64,000 nt of DNA from a virus, in the UHGV virus genome UHGV-1384413; one strand, written 5' to 3'. Below, piece after piece: positions 53,629 to 63,003 of the stretch. The notes below the pieces were generated by a model, which was not told the origin of the DNA, searched no databases, and saw only the letters and a list, made by a program, of their open reading frames with translations. The stretch's first letter is position 1. Every line of letters starts with the position of its first letter. The position numbers and the translations under genes are program-made.

Positions 53629-54027
53629 ATGATTTCAGTTTTAACATTGATGAGTAAACACAGAGGGATCATAAAAGGTTTAGTTTTTGCAGCGGCTATA
53701 GGCATGGCTTATCTTGGGGCCGTGTATTGGTTTAACTCTAAGCTCAATGATGCTTATCAAGAAGGTGTGTTAGCAACAGAGTTAAAGTGGGAACGGATCC
53801 TTGACCAACAACAAAAGCAGGCCGACAAAATTAAAATGGGCCACGCAGAGGAGGTTAAAAACCTTGAAAAATCTCTTTCTGATCTACAGGATAAATTAAA
53901 TATGGCTGAGAAGGCAGGTAAAGAAAAGCAGATTATCTACCTCCAATCTCCTGAAGGTAAGAAGTCAACACTTCCTGATCAGCTAATAGATATTTATAAT
54001 GAGAGTATCAATCAGGAGGTTCGATGA
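53629..54027 (+). CDS. i-spanin-like protein (Rz-like: N-terminal TM plus coiled coil)
   Basis: Hydrophobic GLVFAAAIGMAYLGAVYWF followed by charged coiled-coil-like sequence; overlaps next gene start. Confidence 0.5.
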   Translation: MISVLTLMSKHRGIIKGLVFAAAIGMAYLGAVYWFNSKLNDAYQEGVLATELKWERILDQQQKQADKIKMGHAEEVKNLEKSLSDLQDKLNMAEKAGKEKQIIYLQSPEGKKSTLPDQLIDIYNESINQEVR

Positions 54028-54311
54028 GAGTTACTGCACTGGTTGTTTTGTGCTTGTTATTGTGTGGGTGTGCAACCAGCGTTGAGAGAGAATACAAGAT
54101 TGACCCTCCGGATGTAGGAAGGTTGATTGTTAAACCTCCCGAGGGTGCTATGAAACCACCTGCTAAAGCTATCCCTTTGAAGAAAGGTGCGCCAGATGCG
54201 GTGAATTCTGGCATTATGAGGGATAATAACCTGTCTTGTAGTAATGATAGGGCTAAATTGATCATTTTGCAAGACTATATAAGAACACTGTTTCCAAAGG
54301 AGAGAGGTTAA
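54024..54311 (+). CDS. o-spanin-like lipoprotein (Rz1-like, proline-rich)
   Basis: Signal/lipobox LLLCGC followed by Pro-rich sequence; CAGGAGG RBS; ATGA overlap with upstream gene. Confidence 0.5.
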   Translation: MRVTALVVLCLLLCGCATSVEREYKIDPPDVGRLIVKPPEGAMKPPAKAIPLKKGAPDAVNSGIMRDNNLSCSNDRAKLIILQDYIRTLFPKERG

Positions 54312-54736
54312 TGTCTAAGATTTACGGACCGTGTTCTGAAAAGCAGAAGATGATCCTAGAGAACGATGCAGATATTTTGGTGATCGGAGGTGCAGCTGGG
54401 TCTGGCAAGTCGTTCCTCTTGCAGCTAATGCCGCTTAAAATTATTGATGACCCGCACAGCTCTGTGGTTATGTTCCGAAGAACAACTCCCCAGTTGGAAG
54501 GTGAGGGTGGGCTATGGCCTAAAGCAGTAGCTATTTACAGTGATCTGCCTGAAAACATTAAACCAAAGTTCAGAGAGAAGGATCATAAGTTTATTTTTCC
54601 ACGGTTTGATCCGAGCACTGGCAAGTGGGATAGGAGCAAAAAGGGGGCCGTTGTAAAATACTGCCACATGGAGTATGTCCAAGATAAGCTTAACCATCAA
54701 GGCCTTGAGTACACCATGGTTTGCTTCGATGAGGGT
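54311..54736 (+). CDS. terL: terminase large subunit, exon 1 (ATPase N-terminal part)
   Basis: Walker A GGAAGSGKS; ORF ends right after Walker B-like MVCFDEG; AAGGAGAG RBS. Confidence 0.65.
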
Positions 54737-55620
54737 TAATTTGTAGCTCTCGTAAAACCTCCCTAATTGCGGGGAAATCTTTATTATTGACACCACCAAC
54801 CTGTCATGGTAACATGATAGAGGCTTCGAAGAGAGATCGAAGGTATGGTAACAGTGTGTTAATTTAGATAATCCGCAGCGAAGCATCCGAGAGGATGAAC
54901 GTTCAACGACTAGTCGAAAGACGTAGAATCAAGCGATTCGAAACGGGAGGGTGAATGTGTAATACTAAAAAAATGTATGGATTGCCAAAGAGTTCTGCCT
55001 CTTGATGATTTCTTTTTATCATCTAAGAGCAAGGATGGATACTCAGGTACATGCAAGGAATGCTATATGTACTACAGGAAGAATGGATCTCGTAGAAACA
55101 AAAATATGGTTAAGAGAGATGATGCAGCATCTTTTGTTCAAGACTTGCTGAAGAAAGGTGAGCTTTTTGAATGTAAATCTTGTCATGAAAGTATGCTTGC
55201 TGATAGTTTTTACACAAAGCGTGACTATGGTAAAGTGTATCTGGTTACGAACAGGTGTAAGATGTGTGAAAAGTTTTATCAGATTGAGAAGAAATTTCAC
55301 ATAACAAAAGATGAATACTATCGTTTACTCTCAGATCAAGATCATAAGTGTGCCATTTGTAGAATATCTCTTGATGAGTATAGGACGCAAGGGTACAGAG
55401 ATTTCTTTTGTGTTGATCATGACCATAAAACTGGTGCTGTAAGAGGGTTGCTTTGTGATAAATGCAACAGAGCTTTAGGGTTCTTCCAAGAGGATGAGGA
55501 AACCATTCTTAGAGCAGCAGAGTATTTGCACATTCATAAGATATAGTCTGGTCTGCATGGAGACATGCAGCTGCCTGAAAATGGCGGGGCAAGACTAGCG
55601 ACCTTGCCCGAACATAAACG
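54737..55620 (+). mobile_element. putative group I intron carrying an HNH homing endonuclease gene
   Basis: Interrupts terL after Walker B; last exon base is T and last intron base is G; boundaries inferred. Confidence 0.5.
54977..55546 (+). CDS. HNH homing endonuclease
   Basis: CxxC zinc sites and DHDHKTGAVRGLLCDKCN HNH core. Confidence 0.7.
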   Translation: MDCQRVLPLDDFFLSSKSKDGYSGTCKECYMYYRKNGSRRNKNMVKRDDAASFVQDLLKKGELFECKSCHESMLADSFYTKRDYGKVYLVTNRCKMCEKFYQIEKKFHITKDEYYRLLSDQDHKCAICRISLDEYRTQGYRDFFCVDHDHKTGAVRGLLCDKCNRALGFFQEDEETILRAAEYLHIHKI

Positions 55621-56742
55621 ACGCAATTCGAATGGGAGCAGATAGACTACCTGATGTCTCGTTTGCGATCTCAGTCAAAGTATCCATCAAGAATGGTTAT
55701 CAGCTGTAACCCCGACTCAGAACACATGCTTGCCAAACTGGTTAGGTGGTGGTTGGACGATGAAGGGTATCCAGATCCGGAGAAATGTGGTAAGAAAAGA
55801 TATTTTATCCGACGCGACGGTGAATTTATTTGGGGAGACTCTAAAGAAGAGTTAATAGAGAAATACACCACGGTTAACGGACTGGGTGTGGAGATCAAGC
55901 CAAGACCGTTGTCATTCTCGTTTATAGGCGCAACAATTTTCGATAATCCTGTCTGCTTGAGAGACAACCCAGAATACCTTGCTTTCCTTGAAGGTCTGCC
56001 AGAGCTTGAAAAAGCCCAGCTTCTTCATGGAAACTGGTTTGCCAAACCTGAGGGTGCAAACTATTTCCAAAGATCTTTCCTTCGGGATGCCGATAGAGTA
56101 CCTCTTGGATCAGTATCTTGCAGGGCATGGGATAAGGCAGGAACCGAGAGAACTTCCGGTAATAAATTTCCTGACTTTACTGCCAGTGTTAAGGTAAGTA
56201 AAGATAGCGACGGCTTTTATTACCTGTCCGGGGATTATTGTCCTGAGAACGTGGATGACGGTAGGTATTCCACAGGTCTGGAAGGAAAGTTCTGTAAAAA
56301 GGCTGGGGAACGAGATGTGATCATCAGGAAACAGGCGCAGTTTGATGGAGATGATTGCATAATCGTATTTTCTGTGGACCCCGGTCAGGCAGGTAAGAGT
56401 GAGTTCTTAACCTCGTCCAGATCCTTGCTCGCCGAAGGGTTCAGGGTTGAAGAAGATCCAATGCCTTCCAACAAATCTAAGCTGACAAGGTTCTCACCTT
56501 TTGCCAATCTTGCCCAACAAGGAATGGTGAGGATTGTAAAATCCAGTTTCCATCCTGACACTCTGGAAGCATTTCTGACTGAACTTGAAAAGTTCAACGG
56601 GGAAAGATCAACATTTAACAGAAAAGACGACTGGGCCGACTGTGTAGCTTCTGCGATTAATTTCCTGGAGAAAGAGGAGGTAGCGCTGCCTTGTGTGATT
56701 CCATCAATCTCATCACCTTCTATGTTCAAGCGTTTTATCTAA
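55621..56742 (+). CDS. terL: terminase large subunit, exon 2 (nuclease C-terminal part)
   Basis: In-frame continuation; acidic RNase H-like nuclease blocks RAWDKAG, VFSVDPGQ, DWADC; exon start inferred. Confidence 0.6.
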   Translation, partial: TQFEWEQIDYLMSRLRSQSKYPSRMVISCNPDSEHMLAKLVRWWLDDEGYPDPEKCGKKRYFIRRDGEFIWGDSKEELIEKYTTVNGLGVEIKPRPLSFSFIGATIFDNPVCLRDNPEYLAFLEGLPELEKAQLLHGNWFAKPEGANYFQRSFLRDADRVPLGSVSCRAWDKAGTERTSGNKFPDFTASVKVSKDSDGFYYLSGDYCPENVDDGRYSTGLEGKFCKKAGERDVIIRKQAQFDGDDCIIVFSVDPGQAGKSEFLTSSRSLLAEGFRVEEDPMPSNKSKLTRFSPFANLAQQGMVRIVKSSFHPDTLEAFLTELEKFNGERSTFNRKDDWADCVASAINFLEKEEVALPCVIPSISSPSMFKRFI

Positions 56743-56844
56743 GTGTTGCCAATCTTAATTAGATGTGGTAGAATAGAGTAATCGGAGATACTGGCCCTCT
56801 GACACGAGGGCTATTTTGTTATACTGTTTTGAGGGGTAAAGCTT

Positions 56845-58401
56845 GTGTCCAAAAAGAACCGCAGGAAACACAACGCCACAGCCAAAACTGTGAATAAATC
56901 TGGGAACGCAGGCGCACCAACTCATAATGTTCGTATGAGTGAGATCGGTTCTGGCGCACTTTCCCAAATTATGGCAGAATCACAATCTATGATGGTTGAG
57001 GAATTGCGTTGGCCTCAACTGATTGCCACAGTGGAGACTATGAAATGTGATTCCACAGTTGCTACTGCCTTAGATACAAAATATGTTTTCATCACGAAAG
57101 CATTCAATGATTTTAAGATCCTTTATAATGTTAAAAGTGAAGACTCTAAGAAAGCCGCCGAGCTTATAGAGTATTCTTTGCGTAATTTGGCAAACCAACA
57201 AACTCTTCGAGATATTGCAAGAAGCGCAGCTACCTTTAACGAGTATGGTTTTTCACTGTTTGAGAAAGTATACCGCAGAGAGAAAGAAGGTAAATACGCC
57301 GGGATGCTTCTTATTGATAAGATTGCGTTCCGACCACAGGCCAGTTTGTCCAGATCAGAGCCGTTTGTCTTTGACAAGAATAGTAGAACACTGACAGGTA
57401 TTTATCAATCACCTAATGCATTTCTAAACACGCAGAATGCACGCTGGGCTGGTCCTCTCGCTGCAATGCCTTCAAAAGGCTTTAATGAGCCTGAAATTTT
57501 CATCCCTGCTAAAAAGCTTATGCTCATGACTCTGTCAGGAACAGAATCTAACCCTGCAGGTGTGTCACCGATGATAGGTTGCTACAGATCTTTCCGTGAG
57601 AAAGTTTTGATTGAAAACCTTGAGGTTGTTGGCTGTTCCAAAGACCTTGGTGGTGTTCTTGAGCTGAAAATTCCTTCCAATATTTTGAACAAGGCCAGTA
57701 TTGACCCGAATTCAATGGAAGGGAGAATGGTTGCAGATCTTATGCTTGACGCAGCAAACGCCCATAGTGGGGAGCAAAGTTTCTTTATACTTCCGTCTGA
57801 TAGAGATAAGTCTGGTAAAGAGCTTTACTCCATGACCCTGAAGGGGGTTGATGGTATGGGTAAGCAGTATTCCACTAAAGATTTGATTGATGCCCGTAAG
57901 AAGGCGATTCTTGACCGTTTCGGTGCTGGCTTTATTAACCTTGGTAACGATAACGTTGGATCCTTCTCTCTGTCTGAGTCAAAACAATCTATTCATGGTC
58001 ATTTTGTTCAGCGTGATATAGATATTATCACTGAGGCCTTCAATAAAGATCTTATTCCACAGCTTCTGGCATTGAATGGTATCATCCTTGAAGATGATGA
58101 TATGCCTAAACTGAAACCTGGTCTGATTGAAGAAGTGGACATGGAGAGCTTCTCCAAGTTTGTCCAGAGGATCGGTGCTGTAGGTTACTTGCCAAAAACT
58201 CCTGCAGTAATTAATAAGATTCTTGAAGTAGGTGGGTTTGATGAAAGATTTGACGAGGACATGGATCAGGAAGAGCTAATGAAGCTCTTGGGCCAGGACA
58301 TCAGCAGGGCTGGCGATGGAATGGCTGCAGGATCCACTGGCAACGGCACTTCTAAGATGTCATCAACCAGAGATAATTCCATATCCAACATGGAAAATTA
58401 A
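56845..58401 (+). CDS. portal protein (by position and size)
   Basis: 518-aa ORF directly after terL; GTG start with GAGGGG RBS. Confidence 0.55.
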   Translation: MSKKNRRKHNATAKTVNKSGNAGAPTHNVRMSEIGSGALSQIMAESQSMMVEELRWPQLIATVETMKCDSTVATALDTKYVFITKAFNDFKILYNVKSEDSKKAAELIEYSLRNLANQQTLRDIARSAATFNEYGFSLFEKVYRREKEGKYAGMLLIDKIAFRPQASLSRSEPFVFDKNSRTLTGIYQSPNAFLNTQNARWAGPLAAMPSKGFNEPEIFIPAKKLMLMTLSGTESNPAGVSPMIGCYRSFREKVLIENLEVVGCSKDLGGVLELKIPSNILNKASIDPNSMEGRMVADLMLDAANAHSGEQSFFILPSDRDKSGKELYSMTLKGVDGMGKQYSTKDLIDARKKAILDRFGAGFINLGNDNVGSFSLSESKQSIHGHFVQRDIDIITEAFNKDLIPQLLALNGIILEDDDMPKLKPGLIEEVDMESFSKFVQRIGAVGYLPKTPAVINKILEVGGFDERFDEDMDQEELMKLLGQDISRAGDGMAAGSTGNGTSKMSSTRDNSISNMEN

Positions 58402-58468
58402 AAATTATCAACACAGGGGGTTGCAAAACCTCCTTTGGCGTGATAAAATAATCCACATGGGGAATAAG

Positions 58469-58888
58469 ATGCCACAGGAAGAAATGATTTCCTACGAAAT
58501 CATCTACGAACCGGACACTAAAGACGCTCACGGTGAGTGGATGAGTAAAGACACCATCAAAAAGGCTAAAGATAATTGGGACGCAGCATACGCCGCAGGC
58601 CTAGTTTCTGAAAACCTTTTCCACTTGACCTCTACAGATGCTTTCACTATTGAAAAGACGTGGATTCAAGAAGAGTTTGATGTTGTAGTAATTGGCACTG
58701 AGCAGGTCATCAAGGCTGGCTCTTGGGTTGCTAAAGTTAAATACAATAATCCTGAATTATGGGAAGCTAAGAAGGCTGGCATTGTTGGTGGCCTAAGCAT
58801 TCAGGCAACAGGTAATGTTGATGAAGAAACTGGTGAAATTACCAACGTAAACTTCGGGATCAGTGTTGTAGAAGAGGGCAATGAATAA
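58469..58888 (+). CDS. hypothetical head-module protein (139 aa)
   Basis: ATG at 58469 with GGGGAATAAG RBS; between portal and scaffold. Confidence 0.45.
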   Translation: MPQEEMISYEIIYEPDTKDAHGEWMSKDTIKKAKDNWDAAYAAGLVSENLFHLTSTDAFTIEKTWIQEEFDVVVIGTEQVIKAGSWVAKVKYNNPELWEAKKAGIVGGLSIQATGNVDEETGEITNVNFGISVVEEGNE

Positions 58889-59865
58889 TGTCTGAAAAAA
58901 CGATTACTATTAAAGAGAAGGGGATTGCCCTGTGCCATAAGGCGCAAGGCTATAGCGCTAACAACAGACCTGTATCTCTTTTGATGAAGAGTGATCTTCA
59001 GCCTGAGCAGTTGACAGACGATATTGTTAAGGCACTTCGCCAAGTTACTGTGGAGCTGAGTTTTGAAGAATACCTGCGTCGTTTCTTCGATATGTGGTAT
59101 GATGATGCCAAAGCACTTGCACACATGCTTGGTTTTGAGATTGAAGAGGAAGCTTGGGCTAAAGAGCATCCTGATTGGGAATGGGCACAAGCTGACGCAG
59201 AGTCTTGCATTGCATGGCTGGAAGAGCGTTGTGATAACGTGACCATTCATAAAGCTGCAAAAGAAGGCAAGCAGCTTAGTGTGGTAGATCAGTACAGTCT
59301 GTTAAAAACACAACAGATTTTTGAACAAGTAACCGCTGATCTCTTCGATAAAGAAGGGAACCTGATCAAGGCGGTACAGGAACCTACTGAGGTGGATAAA
59401 ACTACCGAGGTGGATGATGTTGCAAAATCCGCAAATACCGAGGAGAATCCGGTGGACGTAACCAAAACTAAAGAGTATCTGGATCTGCTGAAGCAAGTAG
59501 AAGAGCTGAAAGCAACCCAGAGTAAAGCTGAAGAAATCATCAAGGCCCAGGTTGAAGTTGAAAAAGCTAAAATGCTGGCTAAAGCTCAAGCTTTAAGCTT
59601 TGTTGGTGAAGAAGATCATGCAACCCTGGTTGACTTCATGCTGGAAAAAGCTAACGAACCTATCGTAGCTATGCTGGAGAAAGCTCAAGCCAAAATTAAA
59701 GAGCTGGAAGCAGAGGTGCATAAAACCAAAGAAGAGTTTGCCACCACTGAACATGGTAATGATGGCGAACCTGTTGTGGATGATATTGCAAAATCCGCAG
59801 AAGAAATTCTTGCTGAAAACGTTGCAAAAGCACTTGCTCGTGCACGTGCAGAATCTACCAAATAA
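58888..59865 (+). CDS. scaffolding protein candidate
   Basis: Acidic, Ala/Glu/Lys-rich coiled-coil C-terminal half; position between portal and capsid. Confidence 0.5.
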   Translation: MSEKTITIKEKGIALCHKAQGYSANNRPVSLLMKSDLQPEQLTDDIVKALRQVTVELSFEEYLRRFFDMWYDDAKALAHMLGFEIEEEAWAKEHPDWEWAQADAESCIAWLEERCDNVTIHKAAKEGKQLSVVDQYSLLKTQQIFEQVTADLFDKEGNLIKAVQEPTEVDKTTEVDDVAKSANTEENPVDVTKTKEYLDLLKQVEELKATQSKAEEIIKAQVEVEKAKMLAKAQALSFVGEEDHATLVDFMLEKANEPIVAMLEKAQAKIKELEAEVHKTKEEFATTEHGNDGEPVVDDIAKSAEEILAENVAKALARARAESTK

Positions 59866-59885
59866 GACATTAACGGGGGAAATAA

Positions 59886-60272
59886 ATGATTACCGCTCAA
59901 TATTCTGATATCGTGCTCGGCAAAGTTGATTCTAGCGATGCTGGCTACAATTTTAAAGAAATCAAGGTAACACTGACAGAGCATCACCACGCTGGTACTG
60001 TTGTAACAAAAACTGGGACCATCGCTAACGCAGACGGTTCTGATGTGTACGGCGTTCTTGTTGACCGTGCTCTTGTCAAAGATGCTGGTACGGTTCATCT
60101 TGCAAAACCGTTAGAAGTTGGTCAATCCTATAACCTGGTTGTTGCCGTTCACGGTGTTACCTTTGCAAAAGACATGCTGTTAGGTGCAGATGGAGCTAAA
60201 GCAGACCAAAGAATTCTGGATAAGTTGGAAGCTTTAGGTAACAAAGTTCACGTCCAAACTGTTGGTGAATAA
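59886..60272 (+). CDS. head decoration protein (gpD-like) candidate
   Basis: About 128 aa, immediately upstream of major capsid gene. Confidence 0.45.
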   Translation: MITAQYSDIVLGKVDSSDAGYNFKEIKVTLTEHHHAGTVVTKTGTIANADGSDVYGVLVDRALVKDAGTVHLAKPLEVGQSYNLVVAVHGVTFAKDMLLGADGAKADQRILDKLEALGNKVHVQTVGE

Positions 60273-60322
60273 TAAGCCCTAAATTGTTCGGGAAATATTT
60301 AAGTTTTACTTTGGAGAAATAA

Positions 60323-61333
60323 ATGATTACTCGTAAAGATGAATTTGGCATTGTCGATTTAGGTGCTACTCTGGACCTTGTTCCGCGCCAATTCCGACTG
60401 ATTACCGGTATGGATCTGTTCGAAACCCGTCTCGGCACCTCAACAATTGCTCAGATCGAGCGTGTTGATGAAGTTGTAACCGACATTCCGGCACGCCGTC
60501 GTGGTGGTGAGCGTAACTATGTTGGTAGTGAACGTGCTCAGGTTAAAAACCTGAACATCCCGTTCTTCCCTCTGGACAAAGGCATCACTGCTGCAGATGT
60601 TCAGAACTTCCGTCGTTACTTCACCCCTGATGCTCCGAAAACTGTTCAGGATGTAGTAACCCGCGTTGTTCGCCGTATCCGTGTTTCTCATGAAGCACTG
60701 CGTGAGAAAGCGCTGTTCCAGGCTATTCTGGGTAAATCCTATGCGCCTGGTGACGCTACCTGCCAGTATGATTACTACACTCTGTGGGGTGTGTCTCAGA
60801 AGTCTGTTGAGATCGACCCTGCAAAAGCAGATCAGGATCCTATGGAGGTTCTGGAAGAAGCTCGTCTGCACATCGCACTGCAAGCTGGTGATAACGCAGC
60901 TGGCTATCGTATTGTAGCTCTGTGCTCACCAGAGTTCTTCAGTGCTATTACCCATCACCCGCTGGTAGAACTGGCATACACCTATTACGGCTCTGCTCAG
61001 GAACCTCTGCGTCGCCGTCTGGGTGCTGGCGGTCAAGACAGCGTATACCGTGTGTTTGAGCATAAAGGTATCACCTTTATCGAAGATATCTCTGGCAATA
61101 TTCCTAAGAAAGAAGCTCGCATTCTGCCGATGGGTATTGATCAGATGTTCCAGCTGCACTTTGCTCCGGCAGACGATGTTAACGAAGCAAACACTCCAGC
61201 ACAGGAACTGTACATGTGGTATAAACACTCTGCATACCTGCGTGAAGAGAAGATTGAATCTGAAACTTCTATGCTGGCAGTTAACACCCGCCCAGAGCTG
61301 GTTGTTAAAGCAACTCTGAAAAACGGTGACTAA
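60323..61333 (+). CDS. major capsid protein (lambda gpE-like family)
   Basis: 336 aa; blocks such as VVRRIRVSHEALREKALFQAILGKSY resemble lambda E as recalled; biased codon usage; strong terminator. Confidence 0.65.
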   Translation: MITRKDEFGIVDLGATLDLVPRQFRLITGMDLFETRLGTSTIAQIERVDEVVTDIPARRRGGERNYVGSERAQVKNLNIPFFPLDKGITAADVQNFRRYFTPDAPKTVQDVVTRVVRRIRVSHEALREKALFQAILGKSYAPGDATCQYDYYTLWGVSQKSVEIDPAKADQDPMEVLEEARLHIALQAGDNAAGYRIVALCSPEFFSAITHHPLVELAYTYYGSAQEPLRRRLGAGGQDSVYRVFEHKGITFIEDISGNIPKKEARILPMGIDQMFQLHFAPADDVNEANTPAQELYMWYKHSAYLREEKIESETSMLAVNTRPELVVKATLKNGD

Positions 61334-61357
61334 TCACTAAGGTGATTCATCCCATAT

Positions 61358-61390
61358 GGGGAGGGGGTTCTCCCCCTCCCCTTTTTTATT
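61358..61390 (+). terminator. strong rho-independent terminator
   Basis: GGGGAGGGGG-TTCT-CCCCCTCCCC hairpin followed by TTTTTTATTT. Confidence 0.85.
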
Positions 61391-61415
61391 TATTAGGGTT
61401 TAACAGGAGTGTCCC

Positions 61416-62270
61416 GTGAAGAGAGCCGTATATCCAGTTGAGTATGATCCTCTATTAAGAGTTTTCAACAATCAGTTAAGTTTCTATCAATTTTTAGCAC
61501 AATATAACCCAGAAATCAATGTTGGTTTATCAGCCTTGCTGCCACCAACAGAATTCGTTATTGGCAGTGTTCACTATCCATGTAGAACTATTGTAGACTT
61601 CTTCGAGAAGATTGCAAAACATACAGGCCTGCCAATTGATACTGGTATTTCAACCATCCGTATGGGTGTTATTCTTCTGTTCTTCACAGAGAACCTTGAT
61701 GAAAGCACTTTAACACTGCAAAGCGGTGATGTCAATATCACACTCACCCCGTCAGTGTTTAAAGAGGTAGATGCCGCTTTCAAAGTTTCAGTGGCAGAAG
61801 GTCATCTGTGGGACCCTGAAGGGATGCCCAAAAAAGTGACCATAAACGATGAGCAATGCGATGTTGCTTATGCAGAAGATACCCAAACTTTCACCATTGA
61901 GTGGCCTAAGAAACGTTCTCAGGTTGTAAATCTTGGGCTGACTTCTACAGTAGCCCCAGAACCTGAACCAGAGCCGGAGCCACCTGTAGGCCCTACTGAA
62001 CCTGGTGGTGGCAGTGAGGAATCACCAGGTCCGACCGCACCGGATGGTACGGAAGGTACTGAGCAGGATCCTGAACAGGCACAAGAATCAAGATCTTCTC
62101 ACGGCGATGTTGATGCCATACTGCACCAAGCCGCAGCTCTTAACAACGAAGAGGACAAGAGTGGTTCAAAAGATGCACTCCAAACCTTCGCTAAAGAGTA
62201 CGGTGTTACCTTAAGTAAGGCAAAAACTTTCCAAAATATGATGAAAGATTTTGAGGCTGCACTGGCATAA
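61416..62270 (+). CDS. hypothetical structural protein with PEPEPEPEPP linker (284 aa)
   Basis: GTG start with AGGAG RBS. Confidence 0.5.
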   Translation: MKRAVYPVEYDPLLRVFNNQLSFYQFLAQYNPEINVGLSALLPPTEFVIGSVHYPCRTIVDFFEKIAKHTGLPIDTGISTIRMGVILLFFTENLDESTLTLQSGDVNITLTPSVFKEVDAAFKVSVAEGHLWDPEGMPKKVTINDEQCDVAYAEDTQTFTIEWPKKRSQVVNLGLTSTVAPEPEPEPEPPVGPTEPGGGSEESPGPTAPDGTEGTEQDPEQAQESRSSHGDVDAILHQAAALNNEEDKSGSKDALQTFAKEYGVTLSKAKTFQNMMKDFEAALA

Positions 62271-62279
62271 TTTTGTTAA

Positions 62280-62316
62280 GGCCCCTTCCAAATCAGGAAT
62301 GGGGCTTTATTTTTAC
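62280..62316 (+). terminator. rho-independent terminator
   Basis: GCCCC...GGGGC hairpin followed by TTTATTTTT. Confidence 0.6.
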
Positions 62317-62329
62317 GAGGTATTTTCAA

Positions 62330-62950
62330 ATGGCATGGTATGAAGATGAAGAGATTATCCCGTCACCGCCTAACCATGATGGTGTAGTCGATACCCCAGA
62401 AGAACCACCAAAAGAAGATCCTGTGCCTCCGGAACCTGATCCAGACCAACCTCTTATTGATATTATGAGGTTATTGCTTGGCAATGTTGACGAGGAAACA
62501 CTCCCTGATGAGGTAATTAAAACATTCCTTGACATGGAGAAGCTGAAACTAAATTATCCGGCAGACCCTGATAAGCTACCCCTGCTTAAGTACAATGTGC
62601 TTGTGCAGCTTGTGCGGTGGCTGATGATGCAGGAAGTTTCCAGCGGTAATGCAAGTATAACTTCTCGTCTGGAAAAAATAGGTGATGAGACCATAGAGAT
62701 TCGTGGTGGATCTTCCTACGCTCAGTGGAAAGATTTTCTTGATTGGCTGCTGGCACACCCAGATTATGTAGACTCTGAGCTAGATGCTTATAGCAGAATG
62801 ATTATCATTGGTGGTGTTCGTGTAGACGAAGGAATTCGGGTTAAATTTAATGAAAACAGTAACGGCCCGTTCGATGTTCAGGGGATTACACCTATTAGTG
62901 GTCTAAATAATCAACCTCCTCGCCACCCAAGACGCAAACGCAGTTTTTAA
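62330..62950 (+). CDS. hypothetical structural protein (206 aa)
   Basis: ATG at 62330 in ORF-track frame. Confidence 0.45.
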   Translation: MAWYEDEEIIPSPPNHDGVVDTPEEPPKEDPVPPEPDPDQPLIDIMRLLLGNVDEETLPDEVIKTFLDMEKLKLNYPADPDKLPLLKYNVLVQLVRWLMMQEVSSGNASITSRLEKIGDETIEIRGGSSYAQWKDFLDWLLAHPDYVDSELDAYSRMIIIGGVRVDEGIRVKFNENSNGPFDVQGITPISGLNNQPPRHPRRKRSF

Positions 62951-63003
62951 AAATTGTTGCTTTTGATGTATCTTTGTGGTAAAATACATTAGTGAGGAAT
63001 ATA

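Noticed and set aside
54311-54739. Interpreting the 142-aa ORF as a complete small protein (for example terminase small subunit)
   Set aside because: It carries Walker A and ends exactly at a Walker B-like motif with an in-frame terminase nuclease domain continuing 884 nt downstream; a split terL is the more parsimonious reading.
56755-56844. Promoter-like TTGCCA...TAGAAT and GGCCCTC...GAGGGCT hairpin between terL and portal as defined regulatory features
   Set aside because: Hexamers are sub-consensus and the hairpin lacks a clear U-tract; noted but not confident enough to annotate.
58469-58888. Calling the 139-aa ORF after the portal a prohead protease
   Set aside because: No recognizable serine-protease motif by eye and too small for S49/ClpP-type head proteases; left as a hypothetical head-module protein.
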